A stretch of 64,000 bases of DNA from positions 727,905-791,904 of the forward strand of contig CAVTYE010000002.1 in assembly GCA_963738925.1 (NCBI GenBank), given 5' to 3'. This DNA is from an uncultured Chloroflexia bacterium (GTDB lineage Bacteria > Chloroflexota > Dehalococcoidia > SM23-28-2 > RBG-16-64-32). Each line of letters opens with the position of its first letter. Position 1 is the first letter of the stretch. The translations under genes and the position numbers were made by a program. Under the pieces are notes generated by a model. It had not been told where the DNA came from. It ran no database searches and saw nothing but the letters and a program-made list of their open reading frames with translations. This document shows positions 10,001 to 18,761 of this stretch, piece after piece.

Positions 10001-13000
10001 CGTCAACGATCAACACCTATGCAACGGGTGGGAAGCTGACGTCGACTATTGATGCGCTCGGTCGCACAGAGAGCTATGGATACGACTCAGCAGGGAACCG
10101 TACTAGCAAGGTTGATGGAAATGGCAAGACCTGGGCGTGGACTTACGATGATTCTGGCCGCGTTACGTCCGAGACCAATCCACTGGACCAGACAACCAGC
10201 TACGAATACGACCTGTTCGGCCGGCCAATCCTGGAAGAGAACGCGCTAGGACAACAGACGACTTACCTATATGACTTGGCGGGCCACCTCCTGATGGTCG
10301 AGGACCCTCTCGGTCACGACACATTCTGGGACTACGATGATCGCGGCCTCGTCGACGAAAAGATCGACGCTGACGGCAACTCCACGCTCTACACCTACGA
10401 CGCTAACCGCAACATGACGTCGGTCACCGACCCGACACGATTGGCGCACGGCGATGCGGAGACTGGTGACGACTGCGGCGACTCGCACACGGGCGACGGC
10501 GTTGACGACGACAGCGATGGATACGTCGACGATGGTTGCCCGTCGACGTATTACACCTATGACCAGAACAACAAGCTTGCCTCGGTCACCGACGCCGATG
10601 GAGGCTCGACCAACTACACTTACGATGAAGCTGGCCAACTTCTCTCTGAAGAAGACCCGATAGGGCGTACGACTTCTTACGAATACGACGATGCCGGACA
10701 CGTCCTTCAGAAGACTTTGCCCAACGATGGTGTCTGGGCTTACGACTACGATGAGAACGGTAACCTCATCTCGCAGACCGACCCCCTTGACCACACCACG
10801 ACCTACACCTACGACCCTCTAAACCGCCGGATCACGACGACCGATCCTCTGCTGAACGAGACTGACTACACCTATGACCCTGTTGGTCAGTTGATCTCCA
10901 CTCTAGATGCCGAATTGAACACGACAAACTACAGCTACGACAATGACGGCCATCTCGCGTCCATCACGGATCCGATGGAGCATATGCAGACCTTTGGATA
11001 CGACGACGCTGGACAAAAGACGAGCGTCACCGACGCCCTGGGCCGAGTGACCTCCTACGACTACGATGCAGCTGGTCGGCTGGCCTCGCTGACCGATCCT
11101 GCGAGGCAGCCGGACACCACACCGGAAAGCGGCGGCGACTGCGGCACGACTGGGACAGGAGACGGCCTGGACGACGACACAGACACCCACGCCGACGACG
11201 GCTGTCCGTCGACGATCTACAGTTATGACGACGCGGGGCGGATGACCGCGGTGACCAAGGCCGATGGCGGCATAACGACATACGCCTATGACCCGATGGG
11301 CCACCTGCTCTCGCTGACCGATCCTCTGCGGCAGCCGCAGAGTACACCTGAAAGCGGCGGCGACTGCGGCACCGCGGGCACCGGCGATGGCTTGGACGAC
11401 GACAGCGACACCTACGTTGACGACGGCTGTCCCTCGACCATCTACAGTTACGACACCGCCGGACGGCGAACGTCAATGACCGACGCGCTTGGCCATACCA
11501 CTGATTACGGCTTCGACCCAGCGGGGCAAATGACATCAATGACCGATGCCCTGACCCACTCGGTGCTGTTCGGCTTTGACCTGGCTGGCCAGCAAACGTC
11601 CGTGACTAACGCGGACGGGTATACGACCGCTTACACTTACGACGACCTCGGGAACGTCGCCACGAAGACTGACCCGCTCGATCGCACACAGCAGTGGGAG
11701 TACGACCCCGCTGGCAATCTCCTCGACACTATCGACGCGCGCGACGTGGAGGTCGATTACGACTACTACGACAACAACCAGCTCCAGGACGTCACCTTCG
11801 ATGGCGGCAACGTCTCGTACACATACGACGACATCGGCCGGCGCGAGCACATGTACGACAGCACCGGCACCACGACCTGGAACTACGACGCGGCTTCCAA
11901 CGTCACTTCGATCAACTCCCCGAACGGCACGGTGGCGTACACGTACGACGACGCCAACGACCGACAGACGATGACGCTGCCCAGTGATCGCACGTTCACG
12001 TATGGCTACGACGCCACGAGCGGCATGCTGAGCTCCATCACCGACTGGCAGGACCGCGAGATTGACTTCACCTACGACGCCGACGGCAATCGCACTGGCA
12101 TCACCCGGCCGAACGGCCTTGACAGTACTTACACTTACGATCTCGCCGACCGGCTGACGGCAATTGATCACGCGAACAGCGGCGGTACGATCCAGAGCTT
12201 CGACTACACACTCGATGCGATCGGCAACCGCACGGCCGTCACGTCCAACGCTGGCACCGAGACGTACACCCTGGACGACCTGAATCGCGTGTCCAGCGTG
12301 GACTACCCAACTGGAGACGACGTCTCGTACACGTACGATGACAACGGCAACATCCACACGATGACCGTCGGCGCCACGACCACGACGTACAGCTACGACG
12401 ACGGCGGCCAACTCACGTCCGATGGGACGAACACCTTCACCTACGACGAGAACGGTAACATGACCGGCGACGGCGGCGACTCTTATACCTTCGACTACGC
12501 TAACCAGCTAACGTCCGCGACGGTTGACTCGACGACAACTGAATTCGCATACGACGGCGACGGTACGCGGTCCAGCAAGACGACCGGCGATGACACGACG
12601 AACTATCTTTACGACGCGCAGTCTGGCTTGCCGCAAGTAGTCGACGACGGCACCAACTCATATCTTCAGCAAGGTGGTGCCCAGGCCCAAATTGATGATG
12701 GCAGCGACGATCCGTCGTATTTTGTTGACGACGCGCTCGGCTCGGTGCGAGTCGTGACTAACGACTCTGGCGATCCGACCGGCTCCACCGACTACAATGC
12801 CTTCGGCTCCGAACGCACGACATCCGGAGACACCTCCGCACTCGGTTTCACAGGCCAGCAATCAGACCCTGAGACAGGCCTGACTTACTTGCGTGCGCGC
12901 TACCTCAACCCCGCCGTCGGCCGATTCATCAGCGCGGACACCGTGCAGCCGAATGCGCCCGGTACTCAGGGATATAACCTTTACGCCTATGTGGCGAACA

Positions 13001-13779
13001 ACCCGACGAACTGGATGGACCCGTCGGGTCACAGCGCGATGACGCAGTGGCAGGCTGACACAGCGCAGGTGCTAGCCAATCCGCTATCCATTATTCTCAG
13101 CAAGCTGTCTGACAGCACCCTAGTCGGCCTTCCTTTGACGATCATGTCAATCGCCTTTCCCGTGTTGATTTGCGCGTTCACACCGACATGCATAGACGGA
13201 GCGATCGGATTCGCAAACATCATCGAGAAGTTCGGCGCAGATGCAACCAATTCGATTGGGAACTGGAGTTGGGAAGACTTAGCGCACGCAGTCGGTGACT
13301 TTCCGTACGTCCCTGGGCTCCGTGATTCACTCGAAGATGCATGGGCAACGGCCGGCCCGTATATTGTGCAGTGTGCACTCTGGGGTTTGGCTGGCGCGGC
13401 AGGGTACGGAAACGCACTTATCGGCGGCATCGCAGGATGTATAGCCGGCGTCGCCTCACGTATTTTACAGGAAGAATGGCCGAACAGCCCGCTAGTCGAA
13501 TGCATGGTGTGGGGGCTAGCCGCCGGAATCGGAGGGGTGGGCTTGTCGAACCTATCAAAGGGCACTCTGGCCGGATCTGGCTGTCTCGCCGGTATATTCG
13601 GTCGAGGACTTGACGATGTGGGGATCCACTCACCTGGAGCACAGTGTGGCGCATGGGCCCTCTTCGTAACCGTTGGGCAACTAATCGTTCAGTATCTTGA
13701 ACGAAATCCGAATGGTTTGCCTGCGTACGAAGCTGGCGGCTTGTCTTGCTTAGCGTCTGGCTTTCCGCGGCTGTTCTAA
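7012..13779 (+). CDS. Giant RHS/YD-repeat polymorphic toxin (2,255 aa)
   Basis: Signal-like N-terminus MLSTTVRAIGALLLVALFFAWSSAHV. Four ~130-aa jelly-roll-like modules follow, three ending in (V/L)D(D/N)(V/I)S-type strands (AVDDVNQAIMLPGYDL, GVDNISLWNEVPGWS, LLDDVSIEDTVPGWTV). Shell entry motif VDTSTGNFGYQELDLKTNGRVPLVLERYYNGHS. Dozens of YD repeats (YxYDxxGxL). RHS core end ...LRARYLNPAVGRFISADTVQPNAPGTQGYNLYAYVANNPTNWMDPSGH (DPSGH at 13018-13032). A 248-aa variable C-terminal domain follows. Confidence 0.95.
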   Translation: MLSTTVRAIGALLLVALFFAWSSAHVPVTLADPSASGADAPYPLNHTFDGDSHTVDVGLTNGDFAADSEPAAAPDNNDFNDATSWAGSPPSNSDFSTGDFTGWSRVNNTSIQYNSGQGYYGQMGGYSELITAPFDVDDDAQVFTFTAGFFGPYTTNWLDVSVLSGSGYSTQTYLTSYSCWFCNGVWWGWLTANAEAFRGQSIELIFNSSTPGTTAVDDVNQAIMLPGYDLSGNVRRYGDGYGNDFAHLDGGAAVTSSAVTVPDDADFLRLDVNGYNNAGLSKVSVAILSGTDFGTTDWVINQQYMPYGWSTRWISLEGYKGQTVKIVVGENQDGIGVDNISLWNEVPGWSTAGSVSHVRDGTDDYVINRGWLITPPIDLTDETQQVSFRWKTEGAAVDEYYIDVLSGTDFGTETHMVYKDGYNTGWQWMTVGLSQFAGQTVKIRFHQWYGVSLLDDVSIEDTVPGWTVNSYSGVGGVVTGEDGNGTFVTPSENGDPMDLYSSHISVNLLDRSGVTDLAYFDIKYTLGYVSSSLLQVYWHGDDDSTTQIFQDGASSPSTRTGFIWLPDYYGNGRFEIYGYGVRVYSLGDNVATEQLQEPFSQKVGQQVDTSTGNFGYQELDLKTNGRVPLVLERYYNGHSDQFGELGYRWSNSFDTHLVLEGGTEHVSVAFGSGTEEFFITNYIGGYYPADRRITDSLTHNGDGTYTLKTKNGTNYDFDSYGKLNSITDLKGNVVSLTYSSDRLSEVEDPDGRTLNFDYDANGHLETVSGPDEAVVSYSYDSNGDLTSVSDPEDGVRTYSYDKHRLIEADDQNDNPIFTNTFDSVNRVTEQTDAQDNTIHISYDDPDKGVTTVTDPNGNSALFYHDQYDRTTDKVDALGNTVSYVYDDNGSLQSIVDPHFNEWAFEFDSSGDLTHTEDPLGNPVSITYGANHLPTTVTDGRGFTTYITYDTHGNVTSVTDPTRVTIGTSEASVDGCGTGGTGDGIDDDSDGRIDDGCPSTINTYATGGKLTSTIDALGRTESYGYDSAGNRTSKVDGNGKTWAWTYDDSGRVTSETNPLDQTTSYEYDLFGRPILEENALGQQTTYLYDLAGHLLMVEDPLGHDTFWDYDDRGLVDEKIDADGNSTLYTYDANRNMTSVTDPTRLAHGDAETGDDCGDSHTGDGVDDDSDGYVDDGCPSTYYTYDQNNKLASVTDADGGSTNYTYDEAGQLLSEEDPIGRTTSYEYDDAGHVLQKTLPNDGVWAYDYDENGNLISQTDPLDHTTTYTYDPLNRRITTTDPLLNETDYTYDPVGQLISTLDAELNTTNYSYDNDGHLASITDPMEHMQTFGYDDAGQKTSVTDALGRVTSYDYDAAGRLASLTDPARQPDTTPESGGDCGTTGTGDGLDDDTDTHADDGCPSTIYSYDDAGRMTAVTKADGGITTYAYDPMGHLLSLTDPLRQPQSTPESGGDCGTAGTGDGLDDDSDTYVDDGCPSTIYSYDTAGRRTSMTDALGHTTDYGFDPAGQMTSMTDALTHSVLFGFDLAGQQTSVTNADGYTTAYTYDDLGNVATKTDPLDRTQQWEYDPAGNLLDTIDARDVEVDYDYYDNNQLQDVTFDGGNVSYTYDDIGRREHMYDSTGTTTWNYDAASNVTSINSPNGTVAYTYDDANDRQTMTLPSDRTFTYGYDATSGMLSSITDWQDREIDFTYDADGNRTGITRPNGLDSTYTYDLADRLTAIDHANSGGTIQSFDYTLDAIGNRTAVTSNAGTETYTLDDLNRVSSVDYPTGDDVSYTYDDNGNIHTMTVGATTTTYSYDDGGQLTSDGTNTFTYDENGNMTGDGGDSYTFDYANQLTSATVDSTTTEFAYDGDGTRSSKTTGDDTTNYLYDAQSGLPQVVDDGTNSYLQQGGAQAQIDDGSDDPSYFVDDALGSVRVVTNDSGDPTGSTDYNAFGSERTTSGDTSALGFTGQQSDPETGLTYLRARYLNPAVGRFISADTVQPNAPGTQGYNLYAYVANNPTNWMDPSGHSAMTQWQADTAQVLANPLSIILSKLSDSTLVGLPLTIMSIAFPVLICAFTPTCIDGAIGFANIIEKFGADATNSIGNWSWEDLAHAVGDFPYVPGLRDSLEDAWATAGPYIVQCALWGLAGAAGYGNALIGGIAGCIAGVASRILQEEWPNSPLVECMVWGLAAGIGGVGLSNLSKGTLAGSGCLAGIFGRGLDDVGIHSPGAQCGAWALFVTVGQLIVQYLERNPNGLPAYEAGGLSCLASGFPRLF
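9934..11433 (+). repeat. Four Cys-bracketed acidic 23-aa modules inserted between YD repeats
   Basis: Modules at 9934-10002, 10474-10542, 11140-11208 and 11365-11433. Each reads C-G-x4-(T/S)-G-D-G-x-D-D-D-(S/T)-D-x3-D-D-G-C-P, for example CGTGGTGDGIDDDSDGRIDDGCP and CGDSHTGDGVDDDSDGYVDDGCP. The first Cys codon to second Cys codon distance is exactly 63 nt in all four. Confidence 0.85.
13033..13779 (+). other. RHS C-terminal variable (toxin) domain, Gly/Ala/Cys-rich and hydrophobic
   Basis: 248 aa after DPSGH. It contains GxxxG/glycine-zipper-like stretches (WGLAGAAGYGNALIGGIAGCIAGVAS, WGLAAGIGGVGLS, AGSGCLAGIFGRG). No nuclease, deaminase or ADP-ribosyltransferase motif was recognised. Confidence 0.6.
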
Positions 13780-13791
13780 AGTTTAGAGCCT

Positions 13792-14046
13792 ATGGATTAC
13801 TTTACTCTCGTCGCAGGAATCGGACTGTTAATCCTGAGCATTTATTCGTTCCGAAGAAGGAGAAAAAATGCTGAGTTCATATTTCGATATTATGACGAAA
13901 GGTTCCAAAGGGTTACCTCCAAGTGGTTGCGCGCCTGGCAACTTCACCCTTCACGATCTGCTGCCCTCTTTCTCAGCACGCTTCTGACCTTTGCCTTTGC
14001 GGGGTGCGGCGCAGCCTTCGTCGCTTACGCGTTGGTAACTGGATAG
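13792..14046 (+). CDS. Small 2-TM protein, candidate RHS immunity protein
   Basis: 84 aa, starting 12 nt after the RHS stop. Two hydrophobic helices (FTLVAGIGLLILSIYSF and AALFLSTLLTFAFAGCGAAFVAYALV). Its position matches the usual toxin-immunity order. Confidence 0.5.
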   Translation: MDYFTLVAGIGLLILSIYSFRRRRKNAEFIFRYYDERFQRVTSKWLRAWQLHPSRSAALFLSTLLTFAFAGCGAAFVAYALVTG

Positions 14047-14291
14047 GCTCTTGGAATAGATATTCCCAAGAAGGGCCGGAGGAAAGCGGCTTCGAATAGT
14101 TGCCGTCGTCCGCTGTTTGCGCTCGGTGACCTGCCACATCCGGAGACACACCCACTCACGGATTCACAGGCGAGCAATCAGGACTGGCGTACCTGCGAGG
14201 GGACCATCTGAACCCCCCGCTACAGCAGTCATCTGCTTAGACCCTGTGACTTGAGAAACACCGCCACCTCGAGGCATCTACAACGAAGCGA

Positions 14292-16130
14292 ATGAGACGA
14301 TTTGATCTAAAAGAATTCGTGGACTACTTCCACGAGTCGGCACTCGAGTCGCCTTGGATCCTCTGGGTAGGTTCTGCAATCTCGCGTCCCGCCCCTTCGC
14401 TCCTGCCCATGGCTGAGCCAATCATCCGCGCCCTCTGTGCGCACCTGGCTGATACTCCGGAGACGAATCGGCTACTGGACACGGTAATGAGCGATTTTGC
14501 GCGGTGCGGGTCCCTGGACCTCGTCGCCCCATGGAAAAACGTCGCAATGACCACCGGCTGGCGAATGCCCTTCGAGGCCATCATGGGCGAGATTACCAGT
14601 CAAACCGGCAACCTGGTTCAGTCATTTCTCGATGCCCAGTTTCCGAGAAGCGCCGACTCCGAGCCGAATCTCAACCATGCAGCGATCGCGGCGATCGCCG
14701 AGTCTGGACTCGCCGATATCGTTGTGACAACTAACTTCGACGAGTGCCTGGACAAGATCTGGAGAGGAACAATCGTCGTTCCGACCGATGCCTTTGCTCC
14801 ACCGAACGCGACTCCCGCCCTCGTCAAAGTGCATGGTACGATCAGCGACTTCTCGACGGTCGCCGTCAATCCTGACGCCCTTGCAAAACGTTCGCGCGTG
14901 TCTTGGCAAGCGTCACTCGCGTCCCTCCTCAGGGGCCGCCGCGTTTTGTTCGTTGGTTACGGATTCCAGGACCGCTTTGACCTGACGCCGGCGTTGATAC
15001 AAGCAGAGCGAGACGGCGCCGAATTCTTCTGGGCGAACCAAAGCTTCCCCCCAACTCTCCCTCTCGCGACGATGTCCACAATCGACCACGACTTGAGTGA
15101 TCCAAATAGAAATCTGCTGCTCGCTCTCTGCCCAAATGCCCCCTCCAAAACCTCACCGGCCCGCTGGCCTTCAAACGAAGAGCAGGAGGCTTCTGTGACG
15201 TCGACTCTTCGAGGCCTGGCAGATCAGCCTTCTCTCGCCGAGCGCCTGAAGGCTTTCGCGTCCCTGTACTACTGGTTAGAAGACGGAAAGAGGTCTCTTC
15301 GCTTGTTCCGCGCCGCTCGCTCCGCTGACGCGACCAGCGTCGACACTCACGCACTCGCCCGCGCTTTCCTCCGGGCCAGGCGATATCGTCGGGCTGTCTT
15401 TCTATTTGATCGGATGCTGAACACGGAACTCCCAACAGACCCGGACGAGCGTTTGGACAAGACGATCGATTGGCACTGTGGGGCCGCCCATTGTGCCGCA
15501 GCCGGGGGGCGCGTACTAACAGCGCAGAAGCACTACGAACTGGCGAATGAGTCTCTTCGCTCCAGCGGCAAAGCCGCCGCGGAACTCGATCCCTATTTGA
15601 TGGATCAACTGCTGCGGGGAAGAGCTGGAAACTTGATCCGCCTCGCCGCTCGTTCATGGAGCTTTAGGGAGCGCGACGAATTGCTCTCGGCTGCTGAGGT
15701 GGATCTTGTGCTGCTGGCGTCACAGATCGATCGTCTTGAGTTGCGGGTACAGTACTTGATGAAGAGAGACCTTGCACGAATACAACTCATCCGCGGAAAC
15801 TCCTCGGACGCCGTGCGAGGCTTCGGTGAGGTTAAGGAATTCTTCGAATACTGGGGCGATCCCGATGGCTTGACAGTTGCCATGAGAGACCTGGCAGCCG
15901 CTGGCAAAGTGGGGGGATTCCGCTCGCTCGCACCAGCTGCGGCGGAGGCACGGAAGCGCGGTAGGTGGCTGGAGTGGATTAAGATTGAAGCCACACGCGT
16001 TGGCCTAACTGGCTATGGCCCTCTGGCTCCAGCGCAAGCGCGAATACGCAACGCGGCAATCGCCATCTGGGACGCGATCAAGGAGATGTTGCTAAGCACT
16101 TGGGAGTTTGCACTGGGCCGGAGGCCATAA
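14292..16130 (+). CDS. SIR2-like (SIR2_2 type) domain protein with C-terminal TPR-like helical repeats
   Basis: 612 aa. SIR2_2 motifs: ILWVGSAISRPA, VVTTNFDECL, LVKVHGTISD, VLFVGYGFQDRFD. The C-terminal ~300 aa is Leu/Ala/Arg-rich helical repeat (YYWLEDGKRSLRLFRAARS..., ARAFLRARRYRRAVFLFDRML...). Confidence 0.8.
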   Translation: MRRFDLKEFVDYFHESALESPWILWVGSAISRPAPSLLPMAEPIIRALCAHLADTPETNRLLDTVMSDFARCGSLDLVAPWKNVAMTTGWRMPFEAIMGEITSQTGNLVQSFLDAQFPRSADSEPNLNHAAIAAIAESGLADIVVTTNFDECLDKIWRGTIVVPTDAFAPPNATPALVKVHGTISDFSTVAVNPDALAKRSRVSWQASLASLLRGRRVLFVGYGFQDRFDLTPALIQAERDGAEFFWANQSFPPTLPLATMSTIDHDLSDPNRNLLLALCPNAPSKTSPARWPSNEEQEASVTSTLRGLADQPSLAERLKAFASLYYWLEDGKRSLRLFRAARSADATSVDTHALARAFLRARRYRRAVFLFDRMLNTELPTDPDERLDKTIDWHCGAAHCAAAGGRVLTAQKHYELANESLRSSGKAAAELDPYLMDQLLRGRAGNLIRLAARSWSFRERDELLSAAEVDLVLLASQIDRLELRVQYLMKRDLARIQLIRGNSSDAVRGFGEVKEFFEYWGDPDGLTVAMRDLAAAGKVGGFRSLAPAAAEARKRGRWLEWIKIEATRVGLTGYGPLAPAQARIRNAAIAIWDAIKEMLLSTWEFALGRRP

Positions 16131-16640
16131 GCGCCTGGCTCGCGAACTACCAGACACGCCAAATCTCGTCTCGTCGTCGCCACGTAATTTCACAGACGTC
16201 CCGGGGGCCGGACGAGCCTCGCAAACGGCCGGTGCTGTTTCGCGACACTTATACAAACGAGATCGAACTCTTCGCCTTGGACGTAAACTCGTTCTTGGTG
16301 CAGCGCACTCAGTTGCCGTAACGCGCTTCGCCGAAAAAGCCGGGCAGCGTACGCCGAGCCGGGCGAATCGCTGGCTAAAGTCTGGACTTGTTCTGGTCTC
16401 GGAGGTGCTGCACAGCGGCTTCACGCTCTGGCCAAAACCATCGGTGATTTATCGGTGTCCAGGCGAGTTGGCGTGTCTCTAACAACGGGCCTAACCATCA
16501 GGCGGAGGTGAAATGTAGTCTAAGTAACCACAATGACGGTCTCCCCTCAAGCATTGAACGTCAGACTGCCGTCACTTAGTCCGCCGCAAAAGCTGACGCT
16601 CTACTTGCGTGTGATGCAGGCAGAAGGGTGCCCAGCCTGC

Positions 16641-17343
16641 TCAAGTGGAGCTGAGCCAGGGCATGTCTAGGATGACGGCCTCGTCGGAACGATCGCCCGC
16701 TTGACTGAGCACGACGCTGGCGCCGTCGACGGCAGTGTTGTCTCGCCGGTAGGTCAGGGACAGGCGATATTGACCTTCGACAAGCTGAGATCCAAGGGTT
16801 GTCGCCGCTGGCAAGAGGATGATGGTGTCCAGGCCGTCGGCCCGGCGCAGCACTTTGATCGCCGGCACGCTTGAATAAGCTCCCGGCGGCAGGAATCGGC
16901 GCGAGTGGCCGGCCGGGCCCGCAGCGTCGCGCAACCGCAGTTCGACGGGGAGGCTAACAGGAAGTCGCGCGCGGCCGGAGTCCTGCATAGCGGCGAGGAA
17001 CCGATGCGAGAGGCCGGGTGTTGGCGGCGACGTCCAGTCCTTGCCGTTGCCGGAGTGGATGCGAATACGTGAGCCGGCCGGCACGGGCTCCTCATCTGGC
17101 CCAAAACGGTAATGGGTCGACCAGTCAGCGGCTGTGACGCGGACCGATTGGAAACGAGCGCCAGTGTTGCCCCAGCAATAGAGACCAATCTTGCCCGCCG
17201 TGACGCCGCTATCCAGCACCGAAAACAACCGCACACCGTTTAGATAACCCTCCAACGCGTCGCCGACTATGTCGAGCGTTACCAGGTACCCGCGCCCAAG
17301 CTCGTAAACAGTGTTGTCGCTCCACAATTCACTGACCACCCCA
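16641..17343 (-). pseudogene. 3' fragment of a gene with a concanavalin/LamG-like C-terminal region, truncated by IS copy C
   Basis: The track ORF 16641-17612 is chimeric. Its first ~90 aa are read-through of the IS right end. Genuine sequence starts at 17343: GVVSELWSDNTVYELGRGYLVTLDIVGDALEGYLNGVRLFSVLDSGVTAGKIGLYCWGNTGARFQSVRVTAADW..., and ends at the stop at 16641. Confidence 0.55.
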
Positions 17344-17409
17344 TGTACGTCGTCAGCAAATTCGGACTTTTCGGCCCTTTTGCTAATGGACACTTTTTGG
17401 GGCGGGCTC

Positions 17410-18357
17410 TCACCCGTTGCTGGCTCGATTGTAGTCCCGTCGCTGTTGTAGCGTCCTCTGTTTGACCTCCTTTCTCTTGGCCAGGATCTCGTCCCGGCGA
17501 CCGTAGTAGACATCGGCCGGGGTGACGTTGCCGATGCCCTCGTGGTAGCGGAGGTAGTTGTAGTAGTCAACGAAGTCGGCGAGGGCCTGCTCCAGCACAG
17601 CGGGTGTCTCATAGACCACCAGCTTGACCTGTCCTTTGAGGGTGCGGTGGTAGCGCTCGATCTTGCCGTTCGTCTGAGGGTGATAGGGTGCCGAGACGAT
17701 GTGGCGGATGCCGAGCAGCCTTAGGTAAGCAGCGAAGACGTGGGAGAGGTAGCCGGGTCCGTTGTCGGAGAGGAGTGAGGTGCGGTCGCTGAGCGGAACT
17801 TCGGTCATGCCGGTCTTCTCCACGGCGTCTTGGACCACCTCGATCAAGGAGCCAGCCGTCATGTCCAGTTGCAGGCGCCAGGCCAGGATGAAGCGGCTGT
17901 AGTCGTCGAGGACGGTGACGAGGTAGTAGTAACCCCAGCCGGCGACCTTAAGGTAGGCGCCGTCGGTGGCCCACATCTGGTTGGGGTGCGAGGTCTTGCG
18001 GTAAAACTCCTTCTGGGCGGCGAAGCCCAGCACCTCGGCCGGCTTCACCAGGCCGTGGCGCTTGAGCAGGCGGTAGCAGGAGGACTCAGACACAGAAAAA
18101 GCGCCGGCATCGGTGATGCGCAGCGACAGTTCCCTCGGGCTCCGCTCCGGCGAGGCCCGGGCCAGCGCCAGGATAGATTCCTCTTCCTCTGGCCGCAGCC
18201 TGTTCCAGGGTGTCTTGGGCGGCAGCGTCCGGCCGCCGCGGCTGCACCAGTCGTAGTAGGTCGACTTCGGCAGCCCCAGCTGGGCCAATACTTGCTTGTG
18301 CGGCAGGGGCGAGGCTCGTACGAGCGCGATCAGGGTTGCCTTTTCAGCAGGCTCCAT
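17410..18357 (-). CDS. IS3-family transposase OrfB (rve/DDE)
   Basis: 315 aa. It differs from copy B OrfB at only a few residues (ATLIALV, ...ASNG). Confidence 0.9.
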   Translation of the reverse strand: MEPAEKATLIALVRASPLPHKQVLAQLGLPKSTYYDWCSRGGRTLPPKTPWNRLRPEEEESILALARASPERSPRELSLRITDAGAFSVSESSCYRLLKRHGLVKPAEVLGFAAQKEFYRKTSHPNQMWATDGAYLKVAGWGYYYLVTVLDDYSRFILAWRLQLDMTAGSLIEVVQDAVEKTGMTEVPLSDRTSLLSDNGPGYLSHVFAAYLRLLGIRHIVSAPYHPQTNGKIERYHRTLKGQVKLVVYETPAVLEQALADFVDYYNYLRYHEGIGNVTPADVYYGRRDEILAKRKEVKQRTLQQRRDYNRASNG

Positions 18358-18374
18358 GCGTGCGTACCTCGGCC

Positions 18375-18761
18375 TCAGTCGAAGTCGGGAACGGCTGTTT
18401 TTTTAAGCACCAGGACCTCGAGCGAGAGCTCCGCCACCAGCTGCTTCAACTGCTCGTTCTCCCGCCGGAAGCCGTCAACCTCTGCCCGCGTGGCGTCTCT
18501 TACCGTGTCTGCTTGAAGCCTCGACTTTCCGGCCTCCATGAAGTCCTTGAGCCAGGAGTAGTAGACGTTCGGCTTGATGCCCTCGCTGCGGCAGAGTTCG
18601 CTCACCGGCACCTCGCGCCGGAACCCCTGCAGCACGACCCTCACCTTCTCCTCGGGGGTGAACTTCCGTCTCGTCGCCCTTCTCACCTGGCGGACGAATT
18701 GGCGGGTCTCGTCCGTCTCTGCCTCGGCCAACGCTTCTGCTGTCGAACTCTTCCTCGGCAC
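18375..18761 (-). CDS. IS3-family transposase OrfA
   Basis: 128 aa, near-identical to the OrfA of copies A and B. Confidence 0.9.
   Translation of the reverse strand: MPRKSSTAEALAEAETDETRQFVRQVRRATRRKFTPEEKVRVVLQGFRREVPVSELCRSEGIKPNVYYSWLKDFMEAGKSRLQADTVRDATRAEVDGFRRENEQLKQLVAELSLEVLVLKKTAVPDFD
18398..18404 (-). promoter_or_regulatory. A7 slippery run (copy C; T7 on the plus strand)
   Basis: Same context as in copies A and B. orfB is in the -1 frame relative to orfA. Confidence 0.6.

Noticed and set aside
5505-17343. The idea that the 5' stump (5505-5790) and the LamG-like 3' stump (16641-17343) are two halves of one gene split by a single IS insertion or an IS-IS inversion.
   Set aside because: Both stumps abut IS right ends (IRR). 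A single insertion would leave one half at IRL and one at IRR. Inversion between inverted copies does not change which IS end a flank touches.
16641-17612. 323-aa ORF treated as a single gene.
   Set aside because: It is a chimera. The first ~90 aa are an alternative-frame read-through of the IS copy C right end (also seen as ORFs 3691-3903 and 5135-5395 in the other copies). Only 17343-16641 is non-IS sequence.
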